This document shows positions 41,305-50,702 of a stretch of 64,000 bases of DNA, piece by piece. The notes under the pieces are model-generated. The model had not been told where the DNA came from and ran no database searches. It saw nothing but the letters and a program-made list of their open reading frames with translations. Each line of letters starts with the position of its first letter. Positions within the stretch are counted from its first letter, which is position 1. Position numbers and translations under genes: made by a program. Source of the DNA: Opitutales bacterium (GTDB lineage: Bacteria > Verrucomicrobiota > Verrucomicrobiia > Opitutales > PNEW01); contig CBDANS010000006.1 in the NCBI GenBank assembly GCA_965197745.1, positions 256,001 through 320,000 on the forward strand. Direction: 5' to 3'.

Positions 41305-42840
41305 TTAAAGATTTTTCTCCACGACTTTGGTCAGCGACTTGAATTCATTTTTCAAGGCTGGGTATAAGGCGCGATAGCGGGGATAAAAATCGGAATATAT
41401 TGATTGATTGGAACCAGGTTGAAATTCACCCGTTACTTTTATTGTTTTTTCACAGGCTTCCTCTACTGAATTATAAACACCCGCACCCGCACCTGCTAAC
41501 AACGCCGCCCCGAAAGCCGCACCTTCAGTAGTGTTTACGGTTACCATCGGTGAACTGAAATTATCCGCTAACATCTGCAGCCACAGTCGACTTCTCGCTC
41601 CCCCCCCGGAGGCAACAACCTGGCTCGGACTTATCCCGAGCGCGCGCATCAGTTCCAGTCCGTCGCGGAGACCATAGGTCACCCCTTCGAGTACCGCGCG
41701 CGTCATATGATCTTTTGTGTGACGCAATGTGAGACCGATAAATGCACCCTTGGCATCGGGGTCGGGGTAAGGCATACGCTCGCCTGAAAGATAGGGTAAA
41801 AAAAACAATCCCTCGGAACCCGCCGGTATTTCAGATGCTTTTTCCGTTAAGGTGTCATAGGCATCGACCCCGGTCTCTTCTTCAAGCGTTCTCTCTTCAT
41901 TACCAAGTGTGTTGCGGTACCACTGAAAACTTCCCGCCGCGGAAAGCATCACCCCCATAAGATGCCACTTCCCAGGTACTGCATGGCAAAATGCATGCAA
42001 CCTACCATTGGGTTCTACAAGGTATTGATCGGAATGCGCAAAGATTACTCCAGATGTACCCAAGGTCGCCGAAACTACTCCTTCTTTTACAATACCACAC
42101 CCTATGGCTCCCGCTGCCTGGTCGCCACCACCGGCAATAATCGGTGTGCCCTCCATTAACCCGGTCAACTTTGCGGCCTCAGCACAGACCTTTGTCGAAG
42201 CAACGGGTGATTCCGTAACTTCAGGTACCCATTCCCGCGGCACTTCGCAACCGTCGAGCATCTCATCCGACCACTGACGCTTGGATACATCGAGCAGCGA
42301 CATGCCGGATGCATCGGATACATCGGTAAAAAAATCCCCGGACAGGCGGTAGCGTATATAATCCTTGGGTAAAAGCACCTTGGCTACACGGGAATAGACT
42401 TCGGGTTCATTTTCTTTAACCCATACAATTTTTGGCGCTGTAAAACCGGCGAGGACAGGATTACCGGTTAACTCCAGCACTTTTTCTGCACCGATTTTAT
42501 TGGTAATGGATTCACACTGCGACCCCGAGCGTTGATCATTCCACATGATGCAGGGACGAAGCACCTTTCCCTCTTTATCGAGAAGGACCAATCCATGCAT
42601 CTGGCCGGTAAGACCGAGGCCGGCAATGTTGGAGGCGCCTATATTTTGCCCTTCGATTAAACGCTTGATTGACTGAATTGTCGCCTGCCACCAGTCTTCG
42701 GGATCTGATTCCGCCCATAACGGTTTAGGGGTCTGAAAATCATACTCGGGGGCTACGGTGTTCACCACCTCCCCCGACTCATCAATAAGTACCGCTTTGG
42801 CACTCGATGTGCCCACGTCAATGCCGATTAAAAAAGCCAT
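41305..42840 (-). CDS. xylB: Xylulokinase
   Basis: GIDVGTSSAK, GLTGQMHGLV, WNDQR, TDVSDASG, GGGDQAAGA, PYLSGER. Confidence 0.93.
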   Translation of the reverse strand: MAFLIGIDVGTSSAKAVLIDESGEVVNTVAPEYDFQTPKPLWAESDPEDWWQATIQSIKRLIEGQNIGASNIAGLGLTGQMHGLVLLDKEGKVLRPCIMWNDQRSGSQCESITNKIGAEKVLELTGNPVLAGFTAPKIVWVKENEPEVYSRVAKVLLPKDYIRYRLSGDFFTDVSDASGMSLLDVSKRQWSDEMLDGCEVPREWVPEVTESPVASTKVCAEAAKLTGLMEGTPIIAGGGDQAAGAIGCGIVKEGVVSATLGTSGVIFAHSDQYLVEPNGRLHAFCHAVPGKWHLMGVMLSAAGSFQWYRNTLGNEERTLEEETGVDAYDTLTEKASEIPAGSEGLFFLPYLSGERMPYPDPDAKGAFIGLTLRHTKDHMTRAVLEGVTYGLRDGLELMRALGISPSQVVASGGGARSRLWLQMLADNFSSPMVTVNTTEGAAFGAALLAGAGAGVYNSVEEACEKTIKVTGEFQPGSNQSIYSDFYPRYRALYPALKNEFKSLTKVVEKNL

Positions 42841-42865
42841 ACTTCAATTGTCGATTGGGATATAG

Positions 42866-43130
42866 GATAGCCACAAGAAGCACAAAAAACACAAGAGAAA
42901 TCGTTATAAAGTGATTAAGATAGGGGGTGCGGATTGATTATCAGTACGCTTCTTAACCCCTGTGATTTTGAAAATATTAATGCTTTATAGCGGCCACGAT
43001 CAGCCGTCGCCCCGCAGTGGCGGGGCTATGGCCGACAGGCTAACGCACATCCCTCCAGACATAGATTCACACTCACGCCAACTTTCCTCATAAAATCTCT
43101 TTTCTTTATCTTGTGCTTTTAATTGCTATC
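42866..43130. repeat. Inverted GATAGCCACAAGAAGCACAA-type arms enclosing a REP with the 40-bp insertion (42992-43056)
   Basis: Left arm 42866-42897, right arm TCTTGTGCTTTTAATTGCTATC 43109-43130; insert at 43000-43039. Confidence 0.75.
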
Positions 43131-43179
43131 TCTTCAATCGACAAATCATCACTTATGCTCTAAAAAGATATGTATTAAT

Positions 43180-44673
43180 ATGAAAATAAAATTTAGTGGG
43201 AGCATCGCGCTCATTCTCTTGGCTTCGGTTATAAATCTTTCCGGAGAAAACGGTCCATCGGTTGGGATGATTATCCAGAGATCACAACAGTTGCTCATGA
43301 ACGGACAGCACGCCCAGGCAACTGAGCTGCTCACCAGTGAGATCGCCATGAGGTCAGGCCCCGGTGCCGATGCCCAGGCACAGTCAGAAAATATGCAGCT
43401 GAGGGGGCTACTGGGAGACATCTATATGGAGCTATACCAAAGCGAAAAGGCGGTAGAACAGTATGATGAAATTATCAAACTCAACCCGAATTTCGCATTT
43501 CCCTATTTTATGAAAGGTAAAGCACTGGCGACGATGCAGGGACGAACTTTAGAAGCCCTCGAGACCTATCAAATCAGTGAAAGGCTCGGGTACGCGGAGT
43601 CGGAGCTCTATTCAGGTATCGGATGGTGTTTTATGATGTTAACTGAAGAGGGCAATCTGGATGAAGCGCAATATAAGCAGTATGTCAGTCACGCGATCAG
43701 TTATTTTAAAGCAGCTATATCCAAAGATCCTGAAAACCTTTCCGCATTGGGAAATTTAGCAGATTTACAGTTCAACATTGGAAACTATGAGGGGGCGATC
43801 AAGAACTATGAAAGACTTACTAAAAATACCCCGGGGAAAGCTCCCATTCTCATTCGTATGGGAGACGCCTATATAAAGGTGGGTAAAATACCGGAAGCTA
43901 TTGAAATCCTGATAAAAGCCCAAGCTGCACTACCGAAGATCAGTGAACTTCACAATAATTTAGATAAAAGTGTGGTCATAGATTCCATGATACGCATTCA
44001 GCTGTATCTCGGCCAGGCGCTGACCTTAAAGAAGCGATTTCGGGAAGCGAAAAGAGCATTCGAGACCGTAATTGTTCTTACTGAAAGAACGGAATTAAGT
44101 ATGGCGCCCAGTGAGAAAAAGATGTTCCAGGAAAAGGCGCAAAAAGCGATCGACTTCTTCACATCTGAACCCGGATTTCAGACCTTTACGAGTAAGGGGC
44201 ACGAGAAAGCTGGAGAATTGGATTTTTCCCTCGATTACCCGAATGGTTGGTTTGCCAAGGAATCGAAAAAAACAAGCACTCTGAAAGTATTTTGGGAATA
44301 TCCTTCTTCCTATTGTGATAGCATCTCCATTGTCATACCGCCCGGACAGAATCTTGATAAACCTGATATCTCCCATGAGCGATTTTTAACCCTTTTTGAG
44401 AGTCCACGACTTTCTGGCGTTCCTTCTGGAACAATTTCTGTTCAGAAAAAATTATTAGAAGATTATAAGTACCCCGCTGGATTTGTGGATTATTTCAGGC
44501 CTTCATCGAGTAAAAAAGATGCCGGTCAGTACTCGGTCAGAAAATATATTATTTATCTCGGCAACCAGATGGTATGGGTGGTCTTTAGTTTTTATCCTGA
44601 AGAAGACATCGACAAATTTAAAGATTCGGGGCCTTGGATGGAAACGATCATCGACAGCCTGGTTCAATTGTAG
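43180..44673 (+). CDS. Exported tetratricopeptide-repeat protein with unknown C-terminal domain
   Basis: Signal peptide MKIKFSGSIALILLAS; TPRs (LGDIY..., LGNLADLQFNIGNYEGAIKNYE, MGDAYIKVGKIPEAIE). Confidence 0.8.
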   Translation: MKIKFSGSIALILLASVINLSGENGPSVGMIIQRSQQLLMNGQHAQATELLTSEIAMRSGPGADAQAQSENMQLRGLLGDIYMELYQSEKAVEQYDEIIKLNPNFAFPYFMKGKALATMQGRTLEALETYQISERLGYAESELYSGIGWCFMMLTEEGNLDEAQYKQYVSHAISYFKAAISKDPENLSALGNLADLQFNIGNYEGAIKNYERLTKNTPGKAPILIRMGDAYIKVGKIPEAIEILIKAQAALPKISELHNNLDKSVVIDSMIRIQLYLGQALTLKKRFREAKRAFETVIVLTERTELSMAPSEKKMFQEKAQKAIDFFTSEPGFQTFTSKGHEKAGELDFSLDYPNGWFAKESKKTSTLKVFWEYPSSYCDSISIVIPPGQNLDKPDISHERFLTLFESPRLSGVPSGTISVQKKLLEDYKYPAGFVDYFRPSSSKKDAGQYSVRKYIIYLGNQMVWVVFSFYPEEDIDKFKDSGPWMETIIDSLVQL

Positions 44674-44687
44674 ATGTTCTTGGTAAC

Positions 44688-44839
44688 GGCCACGACGACG
44701 CGTGGCCCTCCAGATAGGAATGATTAAGGATCCATGTTGGAGGGACGCGCGTTGTCGCGTCCGTATTGTTTACGCATTATGCCATCGGAATATATTCATA
44801 AATTATAGCGGCAGCGGCCACGACGACGCGTGGCCCTCC
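44688..44839. repeat. BIME-like array B-A-B between convergent genes
   Basis: REP-B 44688-44711 (minus), REP-A 44739-44762 (plus), REP-B 44816-44839 (minus). Spacer and linker are reverse complements of those at 40.4 and 41 kb. Confidence 0.9.
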
Positions 44840-44877
44840 ATCCTATACCAATCGGCAATCGACAATCGACAATCGAT

Positions 44878-47800
44878 TCACTCTTCCTTTTCCGGAGTCG
44901 GGATAGAGGGGATACTCCCGGGAGTAACTTTTTCAGAAACGTCTTCACCTGAGCGGTTGCGTATTTTCTGCGTGAAGTCGCTGAAAAGGGTATAGACTAC
45001 GGGCACGATAAGGAGAGTGAAAATGGTGCTGGTAATGAGCCCGCCGATGGCGACCACCCCGAGGGGTCGACGGCTTTCAGCCCCGGCGCCAAATCCGATA
45101 GCAATCGGAAGTATACCGGCTATCGTTGAAAAGGTGGTCATCAAGATCGGGCGCAGGCGAATTTTGCCGGAAATTTTAATCGCTTCCATCGCGCTCTTTC
45201 CCTTCGCTATCTGCTGGTTGGCAAATTCAATGAGAAGGATGGAGTTCTTCGTGGCCAGAGCAATGAGGAGGACAAACCCGATCTGACTGAAAAGGTTGAT
45301 ATTCATGGCGGGGATACGCGGAATGATTGCTGCCATTACTTTGGCAAATGTCGGGGGATCGGGCGCGTAGTTGGCCCAACCGTAGAACATTTCACCAAGA
45401 AAGTTTACCCAGCTAAGAAGATAAAGCGCCCCAAAGGCACCGAGGGCAGCTAAGGGCACGGCGACGATGACCGTTAGTGGGTGAACAAGACTTTCAAACT
45501 GTGAGGCTAGAACCATGAAAACGACGATAAGGGCAATTAACATTACCCAATAGATATCTTTTGTCGTTTCTTTCATGTTTTTCGCATCACCAGCCCAAGA
45601 GTATCGGAAACCGGCGGGCATAGTTTCATCAACCACATCCAAAGCCCTTTCAATGGCGGTACCAAGAGGTATCCCTACAGGTGAGCCCTCAACCGTCGCG
45701 GAGCGGCTTCGATTGTAATGATAAATAGTATTTGGACCGCCACCTGGTTTGAGTGTAACCACATTGCTCAATTGAATAAGCTGTCCTTCCGTATTACGTA
45801 TGTAAAGCCGCTCCACGTCGGAAGGAGTAAGGCGTGACTCGCGATCGAGCTGGACAATGACGTCGTATTCCTTACCCCCTCGCTGCACCTGGCTGAGATC
45901 CTGACCGCCGAAAAGTATCTGAAGTGTGCGTGAAAGATCCATTATGGACACCCCCAGGGCTCCTACCCTATTGCGATCAATATGTATGCGTAACTCAGGC
46001 TTATCGAGCTGAAACTGGGTGCGAACATTGCCGAGAAACCCTTCCTCGCGCAACCTGTTCGCCAACACCTTGGAATAATCATTGAGCGCATTAAGGTCAT
46101 CGTGTTGCAAGACAAGTTGAAATGATTGTCCCCAGCCACCGCTGATAGCTTTCGGCAAGATCGGTATGGAAATAGCCCCTTCCACTTCATTAAAAAAACG
46201 CGCCCCAATACCATTAGGAGCTCCCACAATATCCTGCACCGAGAGGTCGCGCTCTTTACGGTCTTTGAAGCGGACAAACATTAAACCCTGTGACGCCTTG
46301 CCCGGCCCACCCCGACCGAGAGCGACGGCGGAAAAGAATCCCCCCACCCCGGGTGTTTCATGCATGATAACTTCCATCTGCCGCACCATGCGGTCGGTGT
46401 ATTCGCTGGTCGCACCCTCAGGGGCAATGGCCAGACAGAAGAGTCTCCCCTTATCTTCTTCAGGCAGAAAGTCTTTTTCCAATTGCATGTATGTTAAGAT
46501 GCTTAGCGCTACGATAATCAGGCTCCCAATTACGACTGCTGGTCGATGCCTGAGCACCAGTGAAAGGATGCGCTCATAGTTAGTCGTAGTCTTTTCCATC
46601 CATCGCTCGAAGAGATTAAATAAGGCGCCGTGTTTTTCCCGGTTAACGGGTTTGAGCACGCGCGCTGAAATCATCGGAGTTAAAGTAAGAGCGACGAATG
46701 AGGAAATGATGACTGAACCCGAGAGCGCTATGGCAAATTCAATGAAGAGGCGTCCGGTCAGGCTGGTCTGCAGCGCCATAGGAAGAAATACGGCTGCCAG
46801 TGATAAGGTAGTTGCGATCACCGCAAAAACGATTTCCTTCATACCCTCGATTGCAGCCTGCATGGGCTTTTGCCCTTCTTCTATGTGTCGATATATATTT
46901 TCAAGGACAACAATAGAGTCGTCGACGACAACCCCGATGGTTAAAACCATCGCCATCATCGTCACAATATTAATTGAGAATCCCATGAAGTAGAGGACGG
47001 CGAAGCAGCCCATCACCGCTACGGGAATGGCGACACTGGGAATAAAAGTGGAACGTACGTTCCGCAGGAATATAAAGATGGTTATGACAACGAGAATAAA
47101 AGCGATGAAGAGGGTTCTCCAAACCTCCTCAATCGCTTTCTCCACATAGATGCTTTCGTCATAAGCAATAAAAAATTCCACACCTTCTGGAAGCCAGGGT
47201 TTGAGTCGCTCCAGCTCTGTTTTAATCCCGCTGGCCACTTCGACCGTATTTGCCTTTGACTGTTTCACGACTCCAAGGCCAACCGCAGGTTTGGAGTTGT
47301 AGCGTGCGACAGAGCGCTCGTCTTCTACACCCACTTCTGCATAGCCGATGTCCTGCAGACGAATGAGGTTGTCACGATCTTCACGGATGATGAGACGGTT
47401 AAATTCATCCACTGTTCTCAATTCTCCCAAGGTCTGGATAGCCAACTCACGCTCACGGTTTTCAACACGCCCGCTCGGCAATTCCAGGTTCTGTCGTCTA
47501 AGCGCGTTCTCGACATCCAGGACCGTAATCCCATGAGCGGTCATTTTATCTGAGTCGAGCCAGAATCGAATAGCAAAGCGTTTTTCTCCACCGAGGATGA
47601 CATTGCTGACACCACGAACGGTTTGCAGGGGATCCTTGAGGATTTCTTCACCAATATCGGAAAGTTCCAGTGTGGAGTAGCGCTCTCCAAATAGCGCAAT
47701 CCATAAAAACGGCCGGGCGTCACCATCCTGCTTTGCGACGATGGGTTCATTAATTTCTTCAGGAAGGTCTTCACGCGCGCGCGCGACCCGGTCGCGAACA

Positions 47801-48120
47801 TCCTGAGCGGCAAGGTCTATATCACGCGCGAGGACAAACTGCACAGTAATATTGCTCACCTGTTCCCGACTTTCACTGGTCAGGGTTTTGATGCCTTCGG
47901 TGGTATTGATTACCTCTTCCAGTTTTTCCGTAATCTCAGTTTCCACCACCTCCGCGCTTGCTCCGGGATACACGGTATTGACATTGACTATCGGTGGATC
48001 GATATCGGGCAGTTCCCGCACCGGCAATCGACTGATCGCGATAAGACCAAAAAGAATGAGCCCAAGATTCATCATCGAGGCGAGCACCGGTCGCTTGATG
48101 CAGATTTCAGGTAATTTCAT
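44878..48120 (-). CDS. RND efflux transporter permease (AcrB/HAE1 family)
   Basis: IKRPV, YPGASAEVVE, IGVVVDDSIVVLENIYRH, KNSILLIEFA, RLRPILMT. Confidence 0.96.
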   Translation of the reverse strand: MKLPEICIKRPVLASMMNLGLILFGLIAISRLPVRELPDIDPPIVNVNTVYPGASAEVVETEITEKLEEVINTTEGIKTLTSESREQVSNITVQFVLARDIDLAAQDVRDRVARAREDLPEEINEPIVAKQDGDARPFLWIALFGERYSTLELSDIGEEILKDPLQTVRGVSNVILGGEKRFAIRFWLDSDKMTAHGITVLDVENALRRQNLELPSGRVENRERELAIQTLGELRTVDEFNRLIIREDRDNLIRLQDIGYAEVGVEDERSVARYNSKPAVGLGVVKQSKANTVEVASGIKTELERLKPWLPEGVEFFIAYDESIYVEKAIEEVWRTLFIAFILVVITIFIFLRNVRSTFIPSVAIPVAVMGCFAVLYFMGFSINIVTMMAMVLTIGVVVDDSIVVLENIYRHIEEGQKPMQAAIEGMKEIVFAVIATTLSLAAVFLPMALQTSLTGRLFIEFAIALSGSVIISSFVALTLTPMISARVLKPVNREKHGALFNLFERWMEKTTTNYERILSLVLRHRPAVVIGSLIIVALSILTYMQLEKDFLPEEDKGRLFCLAIAPEGATSEYTDRMVRQMEVIMHETPGVGGFFSAVALGRGGPGKASQGLMFVRFKDRKERDLSVQDIVGAPNGIGARFFNEVEGAISIPILPKAISGGWGQSFQLVLQHDDLNALNDYSKVLANRLREEGFLGNVRTQFQLDKPELRIHIDRNRVGALGVSIMDLSRTLQILFGGQDLSQVQRGGKEYDVIVQLDRESRLTPSDVERLYIRNTEGQLIQLSNVVTLKPGGGPNTIYHYNRSRSATVEGSPVGIPLGTAIERALDVVDETMPAGFRYSWAGDAKNMKETTKDIYWVMLIALIVVFMVLASQFESLVHPLTVIVAVPLAALGAFGALYLLSWVNFLGEMFYGWANYAPDPPTFAKVMAAIIPRIPAMNINLFSQIGFVLLIALATKNSILLIEFANQQIAKGKSAMEAIKISGKIRLRPILMTTFSTIAGILPIAIGFGAGAESRRPLGVVAIGGLITSTIFTLLIVPVVYTLFSDFTQKIRNRSGEDVSEKVTPGSIPSIPTPEKEE

Positions 48121-48213
48121 GGACTTGCTGATTGGTGATTTGAATGATGTCGGGCCTCGCCCTCGGTAACGATAGTCTCTAGCGCTTCTCGATAACTTAT
48201 CTTCCCCTACTCC

Positions 48214-48246
48214 AGATTGCCACGTCGCGATGATCCTCGCAATGAG
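48214..48246. repeat. Right half of a GTCATTGCGAG...CTCGCAATGAC-type palindromic element
   Basis: AGATTGCCACGTCGCGATGATCCTCGCAATGAG. The matching left-half type TGTCATTGCGAGCGGAGCGCGGCAATCC is at 50776-50803. Confidence 0.6.
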
Positions 48247-48288
48247 AAAGGAATAAATCGTATTTCAATCGAGAATCGCCGGCTCTTC

Positions 48289-49389
48289 TCATCCGGTGTC
48301 AAGATTAGACGAAAATTCAGGTTGCCCGGCCTCTACGGATAAAGGATTCACTAATGAACCGGGGCCTACTTTTTGATGTCCTTCGATAATCACTCGCTCA
48401 TCCACCCGCAATCCACCAGTGATTTCAACTTCACCATCAAGTCGCAAGCCGGTAGTTACATAATTTTCCTGCACGGTATTATCGCCATTCACCACCATGA
48501 CCTGCGTTTTATTACCCTGCGTAATCAAGGCTGACTCAGGAATTACGAGCGCCTCGTCTTTAACTTGCAAAACAAGTTCAAGATTACCAAACATGCCCGG
48601 CTTTAGACGTCCACTTTCGTTTTCGATAGTGGCACGGACAAAGATGGTACGCGTATCTTCATCTACTTCGGGAGCTATAAAATAAACAGTTCCGGAATAC
48701 TTTTCTTCGGAGTAAGCGGCTACCGTGATAAAAATCTCCTGATCAATGTGCAGTTCATTGAGGAAACGTTCCGGCACGCGAAAATCTGCCTTGATGGGGT
48801 TAGAGTCGACAAGGGTCGTGATAGTCTCACCTTGCGGGATAAACTGACCCGGACTCACGCGCCTGTAGCCTACTACCCCGTTAAAGGGCGCTCGCAAGAT
48901 ACTGTCCTCCAGTTGACGACGGCGAAGTTCGAGCAATGCGTTTAAAGCTGAAAACCTGGATATAGCCTGATCAAATTCCTGTTGTGAAACGGTGTTACTC
49001 TGGAGAAGACTGAGGTAGCGTTCACGATTAATTTTAGCGAGTTCAAAATTAGCTTCTGCTTCAGACACCCGAGCACGTAGCTTTTCTGTATCTAATTCAA
49101 AAATAAGATCACCCGCTTCAACTTTATCCCCTTCTTTAAAATGAATGTTTGTTACCACACCGCTGATTAAATTTTTAATTTCCACCCGCTCATTAGGCGC
49201 CAGCGTAGCGACAAGATTAATTTTATCAGAAACAGGTTTCAACTCCGGCTCTATCACGATTACGCTGACCGCGAATGCCGGGGGTTGATCTTCATCCTTA
49301 TTACCCCCACAACCAGACAAAAACACTAAAACCCCCATTGAGTATAGCGTCACAAATAGCCACTTGTGCGATGATATAAGAAATTTCAT
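48289..49389 (-). CDS. RND periplasmic adaptor (membrane fusion) lipoprotein
   Basis: Lipobox LSGC, SGVVTNIHFKEGDKVEAGD, RAPFNGVVG, LKPGMF. Confidence 0.93.
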   Translation of the reverse strand: MKFLISSHKWLFVTLYSMGVLVFLSGCGGNKDEDQPPAFAVSVIVIEPELKPVSDKINLVATLAPNERVEIKNLISGVVTNIHFKEGDKVEAGDLIFELDTEKLRARVSEAEANFELAKINRERYLSLLQSNTVSQQEFDQAISRFSALNALLELRRRQLEDSILRAPFNGVVGYRRVSPGQFIPQGETITTLVDSNPIKADFRVPERFLNELHIDQEIFITVAAYSEEKYSGTVYFIAPEVDEDTRTIFVRATIENESGRLKPGMFGNLELVLQVKDEALVIPESALITQGNKTQVMVVNGDNTVQENYVTTGLRLDGEVEITGGLRVDERVIIEGHQKVGPGSLVNPLSVEAGQPEFSSNLDTG

Positions 49390-49589
49390 GATATTGTATT
49401 TAATGACGCTATAAATTGATCTTCGTTCCGAATGCGATATTCATTTGTCTATTTTCCAATGTCGATTGAAAAGATCGCCGCACATGCACAAGAGTCACAA
49501 ATATATGTAATTAAATTATTTAATAATATGAAGGGATAGATTAGTGATATTGCCCATCAAATCTGATAAACACCCATTAATCTAATACC

Positions 49590-49725
49590 GGAGTGCCACG
49601 CGCTGGCCTGTCGGCCATAGCCCCGCCACTGCGGGGCGACGGCTGATCGTGGCCGCTATTTAGAATGAATATTTTCCACTGGCATGATGCGTAAATAATA
49701 CGGACGCGACAACGCGCGTCCCTCC
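49590..49725. repeat. BIME-like unit: REP-B with 40-bp insert (49590-49654), linker, REP-A (49702-49725)
   Basis: Direct sequence match to the other units; insert at 49607-49646. Confidence 0.9.
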
Positions 49726-49850
49726 AATTATTTTCAGGTCAGGAGTCCAGGAACCCTTAAGGAAATGCTTTATAAGCGTATTCTATGTTTTACTTTCTTG
49801 AAAAAGCTTGTTCGTTAAGCCCTCAAGTTTAACAATTGGTGTGTCCTAAA

Positions 49851-50702
49851 ATGCAAAGCGCAATAAACAGTAATACCAGTGAGACGGTTTCCGACTGGAA
49901 CCTTTTTGGCGCTCTGGGCAGATTATATCGCTACCGCGAAATTTTACGTCAGTTAGTCATGCGCAACATAAAGTCAAGACACCAGGGAAGTTATCTGGGC
50001 AGTCTCTGGCAATTATTAAACCCCCTGCTAATGATGTCTCTCTACACCTTTGTCTTTGGATATATATTCAGGGGCACTTATCACTCTTCCCCTCAAGAAA
50101 CTACGCTCGAATACGGGCTAGGCATTTTTTTGAGCATTACCATTTATCAGTTCCTTGCAGAAATTCTCATGGTCTCACCAGGACTCTTGATCAATCATCC
50201 TAATTATGTAAAAAAAGTTGTCTTTCCCCTGGATGTATTACCGGTAGCCATTGTCGGGACAGCACTATACTATTTTCTTCTCACCCTCATCCTTGTCCTA
50301 TTGGGCATTATATTCTTAGGCCCCGGCTTGAGCCCCAATGCGCTTTGGATGCCCGTCATCCTTCTCCCTTTTTTTCTCACCGCGCTTGGCCTGGCATGGA
50401 TCTTTTCCGCAGTCGGGGTGTTCTTTCGCGATATCAATCAGCTGACAAATTTTCTCAGTCTCGCCCTCCTTTACTCGAGTGCGGTATTTTACTCATCGAA
50501 ACAAATACCCGAACCCATCTGGCAATTCCTGAAATTCAATCCGCTCATCCATACTGTTGAGTTATCCCGACAAGTCTTACTCTGGGGACAGAGTCCGGAA
50601 ATACAACCCCTCGCCTATCTTTACGGGTTCAGCATTATCTTCGTCTGGTTAGGTTATGTTGCCTTTAACAAAATGAAACCCGCTTTTGCCGATGTCATAT
50701 GA
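49851..50702 (+). CDS. wzm: Polysaccharide ABC exporter permease (Wzm-like)
   Basis: RHQGSYLGSLWQLLNPL, NYVKKVVFPLD, FFRDI, NPL, FADVI. Confidence 0.88.
   Translation: MQSAINSNTSETVSDWNLFGALGRLYRYREILRQLVMRNIKSRHQGSYLGSLWQLLNPLLMMSLYTFVFGYIFRGTYHSSPQETTLEYGLGIFLSITIYQFLAEILMVSPGLLINHPNYVKKVVFPLDVLPVAIVGTALYYFLLTLILVLLGIIFLGPGLSPNALWMPVILLPFFLTALGLAWIFSAVGVFFRDINQLTNFLSLALLYSSAVFYSSKQIPEPIWQFLKFNPLIHTVELSRQVLLWGQSPEIQPLAYLYGFSIIFVWLGYVAFNKMKPAFADVI

Noticed and set aside
40253..44995. Two similar small ORFs (MAL..GMI.DPCWRDARCRVR) at 40253-40435 and 44702-44995
   Set aside because: The similarity is just translation of the REP-spacer-REP unit; no independent coding evidence.
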